A DNA stretch of 64,000 bases from Antedon mediterranea (Eukaryota; Animalia; Echinodermata): NCBI RefSeq assembly GCF_964355755.1, contig NC_092672.1, positions 34,664,437-34,728,436 of the forward strand, written 5' to 3'. Made by a program: the position numbers and the translations under genes. Below are positions 15,601 to 30,600 of this stretch, in pieces; the stretch's first letter is position 1, and the number at the start of each line of letters is the position of its first letter. A model generated the notes under the pieces. That model worked only from the letters and a program-made list of their open reading frames with translations, had not been told where the DNA came from and made no database searches.

Positions 15601-18600
15601 CAACAATACTGTATAATAAACATTTTGTCACAAAACGTTCTACTACAATACTGCTTTTACAAGATTTCTTTATGGCGTTTAAACTCTTATTGAACTCGAA
15701 CAATTTTTTTTCTAGTATAGTCTAGAATTGTAGTAGGAAAAACAAAATAGTAGAATTTAATAAGATGTTATGAGCATTATTATGACTTTTCAAAGTGGTA
15801 ACAATTGTAATTACGGAGCAATCTATATGTTGAAACCTATTGGCTTGGTATTAGAACACAAAAGCTCTTATTTCACTTAGTTCAAACTATATATTTTGTC
15901 TTTCATGCAATTTTGATTGAAAAAGAAACAAAATATCTAAATAATTATGTTTTTAATGAAGGTCATTTACTCACACCCAGGGTGTTAATTTTTTTTAGAA
16001 AAAAACAAGAAAAATTGACCCACTAAATCATAAACTTTAAAAGAAGTTTTGGACCAATACTATAAAATATATAAATAATTATGTTTTTAATGAGGGTCAT
16101 TTACTAACACCCAGTGTGTTCATTTCTTGGACAAAACAAGAAAAATTGACCCACTAAATTATCAACTTTAAAAGATATTTTTAACAATTGTATATATGGA
16201 AGTCAAAATAAGATCACCATCTCTGATGTATGCAATATTTGCTTAGACTGTACTCATTTCTGTGTCATGTTGACATAAATATTCTACAATTTAACAGTAA
16301 ATATTACTATTATATGCCACAGACAAATTGAATATTTTGTGTGAGATAATTACACATTTTGCTTGATGACTATGGATAATATGATTTCCTGAGAAAGGCC
16401 ACAAGCAATGATAAATGGTGCTCAATATGACAAATGATGGATTGATTGATGGTAACTTTGATCATGTGGTAGTTTTCTATTTGATATAATGTCTAGTCTA
16501 TTCTAACATTTTTAAAACTACTGTCAGTCTTCTTTTAAATTCAATATTTTACACCGAGGTGCCTCACAAGGTGAAACCACCTAGCTTCAAGGCGCCTCGG
16601 AAACAAATACAACTATTATTAAACAACAGAAACATCAATCAAATCTTCTAGAATTAACAAGAAATCATTTTATAAAACAATACAGTATTTTCACGAGTCG
16701 AAGATCAGATCCAAAAATAAAAATGTTACTTGAAAATTTAATATTGTACATTGAAGAAATATCTGTATACTATAAGAATAAAAGGATACTGTAGATAGAT
16801 CAAAAAGTTGTTTTTAATTGGAGGAGACCTGGTTTTGGGCTTCAATGCTAGTGTATAATCATATGTATTAGTTTGCTATATTACTAAAATATGGTCTTTG
16901 TATGAAAGGAAATTACTGATAACTATCACACAAGTCTCAGTTGGGATTGATAGACCTACACTTGCAGGTAGTATATAACAGAGTTTATGATTTAAGGGTT
17001 TTTCATTAAATGGAACTATGTATTTCAGGGATTTTTAATTTGATGGTCTTAAAATGGAAGGACATTATATGGCCTTTATTTGGAGGCAGTTACTTTATTG
17101 TGAGAGTTCTTAATATAGGGTCAGTTGTGTATACTGTAGTCGTTATATTGGTGTTTAAATAGTGGACTGACTATAAGGCCTCTATTTGGAGGCAGTTATT
17201 TATTGTGAGAGTTTTAATATACAGTCATTTGTGTAAAGTCATTATATTGGTGTTTAAATAGAGGACTATAAGGCCTCTATTTGGAGACAGTTACTTTAAT
17301 GTCAGAGTTCTTAATAGTTAAGTTGTCTAAAGTCTATTTATTAGTGTTTAAATAGAGACAGACGTATGGCCTTTATTTGGAGGCAGTAATTTTTGATGAG
17401 AGAGTTTATAATATTATACACTAGGGTCATTATTAATTGGTATTTAAATAGAGGTATAAAAATAATGGCAAAAATGGTCTCCTTAATGTGAGAGTTTTTA
17501 TAGGGAAACACATTCAAAGTTCACATGGACCTACATATTCATACACCTGTATCTATCTTTTATACATGTCTGCCATAAAAAGGTATGGAAATAATAATAA
17601 AATCTAGCTAGATGATTTGTTTTGTTTTTAAATTTTACTAATCCCTTGAGAATAAATAGGAACACAGCATTAGAGTAGATTTATATCTGCCTTATAAGGA
17701 TTTAGTCTTTAATGATATAATAAAACCTTTATATTATTTTAATTGAATTGATTTTTATTCCATTTATTAAACCAATAAAAGTATGGTTTTGTAAGGAAAT
17801 AATAATTACTAAAACATATGTCAATCTCGGAGAATATTTGTTTAAATTGATTGCATTCTTGTTCTTTTTTATTGTATAGTTTTAGAATAGAGGGCGCTAA
17901 CTTACTTAGTCTAGTCTTTTTGTAGTTTGAAATGTAGAAGATAATATTGAATAGACTTTATTTCAGAAATATCTTTCATACCAAATAAAAGTTACACTAA
18001 AATATGATTTTCTCAGATTTAGCGTACAATTTTTAACAATCTGTTCTGTACAGTGCATCTCAAAAAGTTTTTAATGTGTACAATACTAAACATTCAAGAA
18101 CACAAATACAGGGTGTTAATAATATGAAAATAAGTTTTAAACTATAGTTTTTAAAGAATATTAAGCCCTTTCTACACTATCAAACGAGTTTGACAAAAAG
18201 GTGTGATGTGCACCCATATTTGGTAGTGATATGACATTATCATGTCCATATATGGGCACATCACATTTGTTTGTCTCATAAAGGTTGATATAGATAGAGC
18301 TTTACTTACTGGCTCTGCTGTACAATGTTAAACTTTATATGAACTGATCCCGATGTAGCCGTTTCAAATCCAAATCGGCTAAGAACTTTCCCGTCGTGAG
18401 TAGTAGGTATCGCTGTGTACGTCGGATCTTCAAGTTCGCATGAACCACCAATAAAAAACCTTCGCAGCTTACACTGGATTGTTTGGTCAACTGGACGCCA
18501 TGTATTTAAATAAATATCATGCATTCCTGTATATATATCATGTATGTAAAAAAGTAATCAAGTAAAACAAAATGTGTTTATTCATATCATATCCAAGACA

Positions 18601-21600
18601 TGCCCTAAAGAAAATTACATCCTCTTCAAATAAACAAAAACTATTATTTCATAGCTAAGGGGATGAACTTATATAAACTTCATCTTTTAAACATTTTTTT
18701 AATAAACCATCATGAAAGATGTATTGTACCCCAAAAACATGAACAATGAAGATTAATAAAAAAAAAGACTTTGATTAGTTTTAATAATGACTTCCTAAAA
18801 ATATAAACAATTAAATTCAATCAAAAACCCATTGACTTCCTTGACTATTTTTTGCTTTAAATTACAGTTTTTTCAGATAAATTTTTTCTTCGATCCAATT
18901 TTTGGTCAAAGTGAACAACTATTATGTGACATTAAAATGGCATATTCAACAAAAGCATTAAAAAAAATTTGTTTTTTCAGGAGGAAAATATATCTTTAAT
19001 GTTTTATAGCCAACGGGATGATCTAAAAAAAATACTCCTTTTTCAATTTTGTTTTAATAAACCAAAATTAATAGTTTACACTAGGCAATAAGATCTAAAA
19101 AAAAACTACCTTAGAACATACAGTGTGTTATAAATTCAGTCTTTAAGCTTGTATTTCACGTCATAGAATTCAGGTAACATAAAGTATCTTAAACACTATG
19201 ATTGTAACACAACTTTGTAGTGCTATCTATTGATACTTAAGCTTTAATATCTGCAACGTGAACTTTCTACAATTTATACGATCATTGGGAGACATCTCCA
19301 TTAATCATGTAAATATACTCGATAGTATCACGACAGAAAATACAATCTTTTGGCAAATTGTTCACCTAAAGGCATAGTTATAAATAAATGAGTAGATAGA
19401 GAGACTGTCTGATTCAGAAGATGTGTACATTGCAAGGATAAACATATTAATGTTCTCTCTCTGTTCTCTAACGCTTTTGAGTCTATTTAATATTTTATGA
19501 ACATAGATTTTAAACACCTGTTTTAGGGGTATAATTGCACAATGTAAAGATTATGAGGTTATTTCTATATATTGATCATATGTAATGTGTATAGAATACT
19601 ATAACATAGCGCTTAAAAAGAGGTGGATTGAAACTAATAATAAAACCTCTGACTACACTATCAAACCATGGAGGAAATTCCTCCATGATCAAACTAGTTT
19701 GACAAAAAGTGTGATGTACCCACAGTATTGTTATGTTGCTCAAAAGATTTTTTTTTGGTAATTGAGAAATTACTTAACTAGTTAATAAAACCAAAGTGTG
19801 TATTAGTTATTTTTTAATTCAGTGGCAGATTCAGGGCCTAACAAGTTTTAAAGTGTTAAACTAACCTAATGTCTTATATTTTGCAATTGAATTTGCCTAT
19901 GTAACTAACTACTCACACACCTCCTTGGCCTAGAGACCATTAGGTTATGGGTTCAATTCTATCTAATGCCATTTTTGATATCGTAACTACAAGATTTACT
20001 CAGCTAAAGGTAAAGGTATTTATTCTGAAATTTGGATTAGGCCTTCTACAGACCCACAGCAGCCAGCGCCTACCAGATCAGCACACTGGGAGACTATCCC
20101 CTATTCTTTTTGAATAGTTCATCAAGTTCTTTAACGATAATCAAATATGATATTCATATAATGTAGGTCAGTATGGATATTTGTCTTTTGAATGGAACAC
20201 CACCTGTTAAACAGGTGATGTATAGCTGTAGGCTATACTTACTTTATGGCATATGTACAAAATATTTTGATTTTTAATGATGCTTTCATTTCATTAAAAA
20301 TCATAAATATTTTGTTCAATGGATTGAATTTGAGAACTTTTGGTCCTGTTTTCAGAGAGATCGGTTCTGGGGATTTTTTCATCTTACCTGGGGTGTCTGG
20401 TATTGAGGTATAACCATACCCCTCAGTTCGGTAACGCTTCCATGAGTCTAAAGACAAAACCTCAATGAATATCTGTGGCCATCTTGAAAGCGAGTTGATC
20501 TTTTCAACGTCACCGTCATTGCGAAAGAAAAGTTCAAATTCAAATGGGAAACCAAAGTATGCTACATTGTCCTGTAAATAAAAATATGTAAATTATAATT
20601 ATATGCAAAAAAAAAACTATTGTTTTAAAGCTCTGTCTACACTATCAAACTTTATTATGTGACAAAAAAATGTGATGTACCCATATGAACATGATGATGA
20701 CATATCACTACCATATTTGGGCACAACACACTTTTTTTGCTTATCAATATAGTTTTTACAGTGTTATCCAATATGATGGGGTTTGCCAAAGGCAATGATG
20801 ATGTCATATCACTACTGTACCATATTTGGGCATATCACTACCATATTTGGGTATAGATTGACAGTGTAGACAGGGCCTTACGAAGTAAGAATAAGTTCAA
20901 ATATAGAATACTTTGAAATAACAAATTAATGCCTACAATTTGTAAAAATATAAACATTACAATACATAGCTTTCACACTGTTTGTTCGTCAACTGATAAC
21001 ACTCTTAAAATATTACTCACTGAAATGGTTTATTGGAAATATAATAAAAACCAAATTTAGCATAGTACTAAACCGACTAAGGAATTGCTAGCGACATATT
21101 TTATTGCAATCTTAAGTAATGAGAGAGCATAGTTTTTGTCATCTTTTTCACACCATACATTTAAAGGTGTTGAACAGGTCTTGTTTGAAGATGAATAAAA
21201 ATATATTTTTATCACATTTTTTTTTCTGCATATTCTTACAAACCTGGATTGAGAATTGTCAAAATAGTTATAATTATTTAATATACATTTTCCTATTCAA
21301 GCTTGTCAATTTTTTTAAAGATGTATTGTCCCCCAAAAACATGAAAAATGAAGATGAATTAAATCAGATTTTGAATAGGTTATTTTGTAGTGAATCACTT
21401 TCATAGGAAAAAAAACAGAAAAAATAATGTTTTCACTTATAAAATAACATAATAAATGGTTAAATTCAACCAAAAATCCATTGGCTGGCAGCCAATTTGA
21501 CCATTTTTTGCTTGAAATTCCAGTTTTTTTCAAGTAAATAAATTTGTTTCTGATCCAATTTTTGGTCGAAGTCAATAACTATTATTGACATTAAAATGGC

Positions 21601-24600
21601 ATATTAAAAAACAAATGTACAAAATTATTTTTCAGGGGGACAATACATCTTTAATAAATCTATTTTCCCCTTTAAATTCTTAATATTTTATTTTATTATT
21701 TTTACACTGACCAGTAACATTTCATTTCAAATTCATAAATGATAAATAAAAAAAAAAGTGTTATTTATGCTGATTTACATCATATTTTGACAGTCAATTC
21801 CCATCTTGCAGTTTTTGACAGCTCAGCTAATTCTTGCAGAATGTAATGTACCAAGGATATTTAGATTAAAATATTTGCAATAAATTTGTTAAAAAATGTT
21901 ATGAATTTTTAAAATAAGAGAATTAAATTATAAGCACTACTAAAGTAAGGGTACATCATGTAATTCACAAAAAAGGAAATAAAGTTGTATCAATGTTTTG
22001 GATGTTGTCTAAAGCTCTGTCTACACAAATGTGATGTGCCCATATATGGACATAATGATGTCATATCACCACCATATTTGGGCACATCACTACCATATTT
22101 GGGTATATCACTACCATAATTGGGCACATCACACGTTTTTTTGTCAAATTAGTTTGATAGTGTAAACAGAGGTTAAGAACCATCTTCTGGAGTAAAAAAA
22201 GAATAAAAAAATAAACACCTTAAGAAAAACATCAGAAATAATAATATTACGTCTAAGTCGTACGTGGACACGTTTGAGAAACAGAACTTGACATTAAAAA
22301 ATCAATAAAGGAAGAAACTTGACCATAATCGACACCTTAAGGTTTTTAAAAATAATATAGTGTTACTCTTGGCTATCCAATAAAAACAAATCAAATTACT
22401 TTCAACCTAGAAATATCATTGATGATGAATGGAAAATACAGCGTATAAGCTATTTAAACATGTCATACAAAAACGTAGAAAAACCATTAAAGAAAAACAA
22501 AATCATGTCAGGCAAAAAACAGTCTAGAAAACCATGTTATGCAAATTAGAGTTTAGAAAACCAAAGGTATACAAAAGAGTACAGAAAACCCTGATGTCAT
22601 ACAAAAATGCAGCCCCGAACTATAATGTCATGCAAAATGTAGACCAGAAAACTATGATGTCATGCAAAATGCAGCAGCCCAGAAAACTATGATGTCATGT
22701 AAAATGCAGCCCAGAAAACTATGATGTCATACAAAATGCAGCCCAGAAAACTATAATGTCACATGCAAAATGCAGCACAGAAAACTATGATGTCATAAAA
22801 TGCAGCACAGAAAACTATGATGTCATACAAAATGTAAACCAGAAAACTATGTCATACAAAATGTAGACCAGAAAACTATGATGTCATACAAAATGCAGCA
22901 GCTCAGAAAATTATGATGTCATGCAAAATGTAGACCAGAAAACTATGATATCATACAAAATGCAGCTCAGAAAACTATGATGTCATACAAAATGCAGCCC
23001 AGAAAACTATGATGTCGTGTAAAATTTAGCAAAAACAAAAACACATTTTGTATGACAACACAACCTAGATCATGCATTACACACACAACCTAGATTACGT
23101 GTATAGTACATAACAAATATAATGACTGCAGTTAGGCTTCAGTAATTGCCATTGTGAAACACAAACAACAGACATTGAATTTAATTGCGAAAGACAATGT
23201 TGAAGAAAACTAATACATTTACGTTAACTTCAAATTAGCTCAATTGATGTTATTCTCACAGGTTAATAAAACTCTGTTACATTGAATCAATTACTATTAT
23301 TGGATTAGAATTTAGAAATATACAGTTGTTAAAGTAGTGAGTTAAAGCAGCAACGAAGAAGAATTACCATTGCGAACAAAGAAACATTGAGTTTTAATAG
23401 ATTCTAATTTAACTTTTGTGTGTTTGATCAAACCTCACCTCACATGAAAAAATTCATTTGATAAAATATTAGTACGAATATAAGAACACCAGGGAACATT
23501 TTCGCTAGTGTAGCATATATACAGTACAATAACAACCTTATTGCTACACATTTGTACAATTGTGTAGCAAAAAATACAATACAAAACTATGTTTCTCGAC
23601 TTAAAAATCAGTTTGATTTAGCAATATTGCTAAACAAAATTTTAAAATGAAATTTTTCCCTGAATACAGTACAATCAATACGGTCAAACATTCCTTTGGG
23701 GGACTCCGCTATTCAAAAGGACACCCTTATTAAGAGGACACCTTCTTGTGGAATGAGTAAGAGGTCAATTCAATAGCAGTTCTATTGCATTACTATTACA
23801 ATACACTACATAAAACTCTTAAAGTTGTCTTCCTTTTGTAAGAAGATGTGACACCATCTAGCTTAAAACGAGATTTAGTTTAGAAAATGTTCGTTTTCGT
23901 TTTTATCCTATAATTGGCGCATTATACACGTTATTTGTTACGCACTGAAATAAATAAATAAAATATCCAATAAATGGAAATCTAATTCAAGGAAAGTTTT
24001 TACACAAATAACATTCTAAATCTAGGTTCGCTGGCATTTATAAATTATTAATTGGCCCGAAATGACTATTAACCATCGTATGACCTCCAAAATGTGTTGA
24101 CGCCAAATACCCTTGGCGACACGATGCACACTCACTCGTGGCATCATTACCGTAAAGTACAAACAAAATTACATAACAAACACTTTATTATCACAAAGCA
24201 ATAGTGAGTTAATTCTATGTAAAGTTCAAAGTAATTTCAATGAGTGAATAATATGACTTATAATGGGAAACATTTTTCTTACGATAAGTTCGTATCATAA
24301 TATCTTGATACTTAAATGTGTTTTTGTTAGTGGTGTATCCACAAACACTTTATTATCACAAAGCAATAGTGAGATAATTCTATGTAAAGTTCAAAGTAAT
24401 TTCAATGACTAACTAATATGCCTTATAATGGGAAACTTCATAATATCTCTATGCTTATAATTACGCGTATATTTGTTGGTGGTGTATTCGATTCTCTTTT
24501 TTGTAATTTATCAGAGCATTAATAACGATGTCACAGTGTAATATAAATTTCATAATAATCACTTTTAATGTAGCAACAATTGAGGCATTTACCACGTAAT

Positions 24601-27600
24601 CTGTTATGAATGCGAACAATACATCACCTTCCTCTTTCATCATAATGTTCTCAAGTCATTAACAAAGTGCAAATGTTACTTTAGCTTGTATAACACATAT
24701 TGTATGATCACTCAAAACATAATTTATTTGCACTAGCTTCTTCATACATTCAATTATGTGAATAAATTACTATTACTATATAAAGCTCTGTCTACACTAC
24801 CAAACTTTATGCGACAACAAAATGTGATGTGCCCATATATGGACATGATGATGTCATATCACTACCATATTTGAGCATATCACTACCATATTTAGGCACA
24901 TCACGCTAGTGTAGACAGAGCTTTAGGTACTATAAAATAATAATAAAAGTGTGATGCGCCTAAATGGTAGTGATATGACATCATTATGTCCATATATGGG
25001 CACATAACATTTTTTTGTCACATAAAGTTTGATAGTGTAGACAAAGCTTTAGAAATTATACAATCAAATTTAAATTTTCGGGATTTCGCAAAGCAAAGTA
25101 TGTTTTAAAAGACTCTTTTAATTAATGCTCTAAACTCTTGTGACTTTTTTTTTTTTTACTCAATTTTCAGGATTTTGATAAAATATATCTTACCGTCAGC
25201 TTTTTAAAGCAGAGAATCTTATTTTTTTCTTCAAATAGATACATTAGCTGTATGTTAGTAGAGTGGGGGTTTTGATCCTCAAGAGACTAATTCCAACAAG
25301 TTTGCACAAAGCCTATACCGCCTGTGTATTAAACTTACTGGCGGCAACATCAATATCTACACAGATGCTGCGGAAATTAATGAAGGCCACATATTTCGGG
25401 TTGTTTTATTCAAAAGAATGAACTAGATATAAAGATTTTTGGTGCCAATAAAAACGGTTTTCGGTAGAAAATGAGCAACAAGGGAGCACATAAGACAATT
25501 ATGAATATAATTTGTCTCTTCTGTTGTTTGTATTGAGTAATGTCGACTAGAGCAAAAGGAGAAATACATTTTTCTTGGTCTGTGAGTTCAGTTGAGTTTT
25601 GTATAATACTCTTTGCACTGATTTAAGTTATTCTTAGATAATACAAAGGAGATCCATCATACTTTAATACTGCATATTGTGTTCGTTTTGATATTTTTAG
25701 TGTTCAGCTCCTCAAGACCTTTTATAAAAGTGTCATATTAATACATATATCAATAAGTGGCGCCAGGTTTAATGTGCTAATGTTCCTAGGAATAAAATCT
25801 GTTTGGTTTTTAATTCATACACTATTTTGTAGTTTATTGCAGTCAGTTTTCGAGATAATAGAGAATTGTTCCAAATATCTGCAAGTAGCCACTTATTTTA
25901 TAGTCATAAGTGTTGACCCAAGGTTAAGACCGAGTGACCAGTATCAGGTTCATACTGTACAAACTTATACAATAGTTAAAAGCTATATCATTATTTACAC
26001 TGAATGGGAAACTGTAGCATAAAGTCAAATTAATATAATATAATAATGTTGAAAAAGTGAGAGATGTTTGAATGGCACCAAAGAGATTTGTTAGGCACCA
26101 CAGAGAAATGTTGTTGTAGATACACGCGCCATTACTAGCACTATTAAGGTATATTATTTAGAATGTGTTTTGAATGGGGTGTTAGGAGGCGGGGATGTTC
26201 TGTTAGGAGGAGGGGGAATGTGGTATTTGGGGGTTTTGTGTACTTACTGTATGAGATGGGTGGTACTAAATTTAAATTTATACATACCCTCTCTATCACC
26301 TTCGTCTTGCATGTCTGTGTAACACCAGAAATTTGTTGGCTTGGATCTGCAGACCAGTCTAAGAAATAAAGGTTTTAAATTAGATCATATAACATTAATA
26401 TCATTAATTTGTTATGGTAAATTGTATTTAGTTTACAGCAATTTATATATTTGTGCCAAAAATATACACACACATAATAATTTATACTTAATTAACGGTA
26501 TTTAACCTAAATAAAATCACCTAAAACTAAATTCATCAAAATGTGTTGGCGTTGCTTGCGGAAACTAATAATAAAGAAAAATAGTTTACTGCAAGAATAG
26601 TTAATTTTCATTTTTTTACATAAAGCTGTCTACCTAAACTAGTTTACAAAAGAAGTGTAATGTGTCCAAATATGGTAGTGATATACCAAAATATGGTAGT
26701 GATATGACATCATCATGTCCATACAGTATATGGGCACATCACAATTTTTTGTCACATAAACTTTGAAAGTGTAGACAGAGCTTAATATTCAGCAAAAGAA
26801 ATTCATCTGATTTCAAAAGAATTCTCTAAGAAATATGGTTCCTTTATTAGAGCTGTTTTAACAAACAGTACAAACAAAAAGAAATTAAAATCATAGACTA
26901 TTCAATTCCCTTGAGTGCATTCTGAAAATAAAAATTGTTAAAAATAGAATAATCTTAGAGAACAGTTACGTAGATATGTTGGAACATCATCAAAACATAA
27001 ACATTACATTTGAATTTAATTTAGAAGATTAATACATTCGCTTGCAATGTTTACAAATTTACAAAATGATTTGTCGATGTGATTATGTGGGAAGAATCAA
27101 TTACTTGTTTGTTTTTCAATTGAATCAATTTGCGTGATAAACAGATTTTATTTATAGAATTCTGCGAGCAAGTGACCTACGAGAATATTTCATGTATCAA
27201 AATAACAACGATGGAAAAAGAAGAAAAGGAAGGCTCATCCATTGCACGGTAGCCAGTGAATGAGGCGTTCATTCCACAAATGTTACTGCCATGCTATATA
27301 CAGTAGCCATTGGTGGAAAAAGGAATGCTAACCCAGGCCACAATAGCCATCGTTGGCAAAACCCACCCAACGGTAGCCATGGATGGCAAAATGGATACTC
27401 ACCCACACCATGGTACCAATCGGTGGCAACTCCCACCGCATAGTAGCAATGGGTGGCAAAATGGATGTGCTCCCACCGCATGTTAACAATCGGTGGCAAC
27501 ACCCAGCCCACCATAGCCATCTATGGCAAGAGAGATGCTCACTCACCCCATAGCCAGTGGCATGGTGGCTAAAAGGGATGTTTGGTGATGAAATGAAATT

Positions 27601-30600
27601 ATTGTAGCCAACACTGGCAAAAGAAACAAGAAATATTTGTAAACAGAACAATATAAAACTATATAAAGCAGATGTTCTGAAAAGGCAATTAAATAAATAA
27701 ACATTCAATTCATACATAAAATATTTACAATTAGATTCTATAAATTCCAACATTGGTACATCTGTTGAGTGATAGTGATACATAAAAAAATGGATGATTA
27801 TGTATACTGTAGTTATATAATATGACATAGCAGTGCAGAAATGTTAAATATTTCATGAAATATTTCTACTGATTTTTTAAAATATATTAAAAAAATAATT
27901 TATGCAAACTAATATAAAAAAAAATAAAAATCCAACTTTGTATTTTTGTCTGTATTCATGCTATAATAATTTTATGATTTTTTATCAATGAAGATTGAAA
28001 TTGCGGATATAAAAAGTGACTTTTTCTCATCATACAAAAATAAACATGTTTTGATTTTTTGTCTTTGTAAAAATTTAATAAACCATGTACTGCAACCTGT
28101 GGTATAAGAAAATATTTGAATTGGTAAAAGTTTTTTTTTTCTCATAAAAAAATATTGAAATATTATTTTTTCTTAAAAATTAAATAAACAAGTATGAATC
28201 CTGTGGAATCCTGTGAAATCCGTGTTCCAAGAAAAATGTTTGAAGTAAAATGTTTGAAGTGGATATTAAGTGATTTTCTCTCATAAAAAAAATATTTTTT
28301 CCTTCTGCAAAAAACGATAATGTTCTTCAGTAAAACAATACACATATTGTACAACATTTTTCTTTTTAATCAGCATTATTATCTCCTCAACGCTTTTTTT
28401 TGTGAACAAAAATGAAGTATTAATATAGAAATGTAATAATATCTTCATTTAATAAATTTAAAAGACATTTTTTATTATTAGATTGAACGTAAAATTATAT
28501 GACCTTGTTTTAGAAGATATGATTTTAATTCATCTTTGATTAGGTGACCTTCATTTAAAAACTAGTATTGCAGATATCATCTTTCCAATATAGCTTATAA
28601 CTCATTCTCTCTACATTGAAACAAATATTAAACGTTTTAATTAGCGCTGTATATTTTTCCTGCATATAATAAGAAAATTATTACTCAAGCTTTTAAGATA
28701 AGCTTAGAAAGTCAGGGGTAGTCTTGTAACTAATTAATTCAATTGACAAAAATTGACTATACTAATTAACTAATCTCCCTCATGGTCTCATCAAAACAAA
28801 TTAATTGTATACATGTTACTTCTTCAGATTTGAACTAAAGACCTTGGTTTTGCAAGGAAGGTAAACACCAAAGATGCCACAACACAGATCAATATTCCAA
28901 TAGAAAATGATGGATAAGTATTTGAAACTTTGGATCCATCAAAATAACGCATTCGTAACTTTATCATAATATTCAATTTGACGCATCAGGTGCATAATGT
29001 TTATCATATTTCATCAATGGTTTATTACCCACGTAATCATTTTAACGACTTTATTACATAACACAGTATTTTACATTCCCAGAAGGACTACCTTTTCTAT
29101 ATATAAAATGAAGTTAGATAAACTTCAGCGGACGAATTTATATTGTTGGCTGTTGACAATATGAATGTGTTTATTAATGTATTATATCATGTATTATAAT
29201 TATTTTTATTGACAAACTGGGGATCATTACAGTATCATCATAACAGTATTTATCTAGCACGAATTGAATGAAAAACTTTTTTTGTCAAACTAATTTGATA
29301 GTGTAGACAGAGGTTTAGACATTAAAGGAAAGTAAACTGAATATTTACAAACAATACAGAACAAAAAAATATCTGATGATAAATATAATGTGGTTAACGA
29401 TACCAAACGCAAAATGGCGTCTAAAAAATGAACGCCACTATGTCCAACAACGTTTATATCCGCTGTTAAAAGCCAATAAATAAATCTCTCAACAGGTATT
29501 TACAAAGCGTTCACTTTCAAGGTGACTTGGCGTGTTAAGCGGGGCTAATGATAACGGTTAAGCTTTCAAGGACGGCACTTAGGACGCTTTATATTCCCTT
29601 CTTAACAAAGCGCAGCGCACATTTAACATTTTATCACTATTAGCAAGCTATATGTCTGCCGGGTATTATTAGTATTAGGTGACCTAAAAACGTCAACAAA
29701 TAATTACAATAAAACAATAACTAGATATTTTATACTTGAATCTAGTACAAGGCTTAAACGTTGTCACCAGTAAATATTCATTAGAACAAAAAATGCTTAC
29801 AATTACATAATAAATTCTCTAGGGAAACCTTTATGACAGATTATGTAATATGCCAACATATCGTCACTTCATCGAGGTAGCGAGTTCCCAAGAGAACAGG
29901 GATATTAACCATACCCAGCTTGTGAGTCTAGTGTAAGTCTCGGAAAACTTAACATTGCCACCACGATATTCATACATCAAAATGCTTGTACGATGCATGT
30001 CTCTAGGGTGAACTTTTTGATTTATTAACCATAAAATACCAACATATCGTTACTTCATCATCGAGGTATCACAGTCCCTTAGGAATGTATAGAGATACTA
30101 CGTATAAATCCACCCTAATTTGTTAGCATGCATACAAATAATGAAATGTTTATGAGTTGAATAGGGGGATACTTTCATGAGTTAAAAGATTTACTGTTCT
30201 ATATGATGAGGTGTTTCAGTGGCGTAACGGCTATGAGCGCTCACTGGCTAAACCCAGGGTCCCGGAGCTTATGAGGCCCAGAGCAGTGCCCAGAGGAAAA
30301 AACATGCATTAGAATATGCTGAAAAGGCTAAAAATGCCTTAAGGCCTCCAACGTTGGAACTTGAAGGGCCACTTAGGTTTCCTTAACCATGGGGCTTTAT
30401 GTCTCTGCATTATGTCACTGGGTGCAGTCAAGTCAAATATGGCATTATAGGAGGATCCTAGTTCCCAGCCTCCTCCTCTCCTTCCCTCTACCCCCTTCCT
30501 CTACCAAATTTTGAATGTAAAATAAGATAGCACTTAGCACTTTATTTTACAATTTATAGGCCTTCTGCCCAAATCCCACTTTTCCCTCCACCAAAATCCG

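Noticed and set aside
16365-16392. C/D-box snoRNA (TGATGA...CTGA)
   Set aside because: The boxes are under 30 nt apart with no terminal stem, and lie antisense to the host gene.
24461-25720. Nested gene or pseudogene in MKS1 intron 9
   Set aside because: Only short hydrophobic ORFs with frequent stops. No recognisable domain or consistent splice chain.
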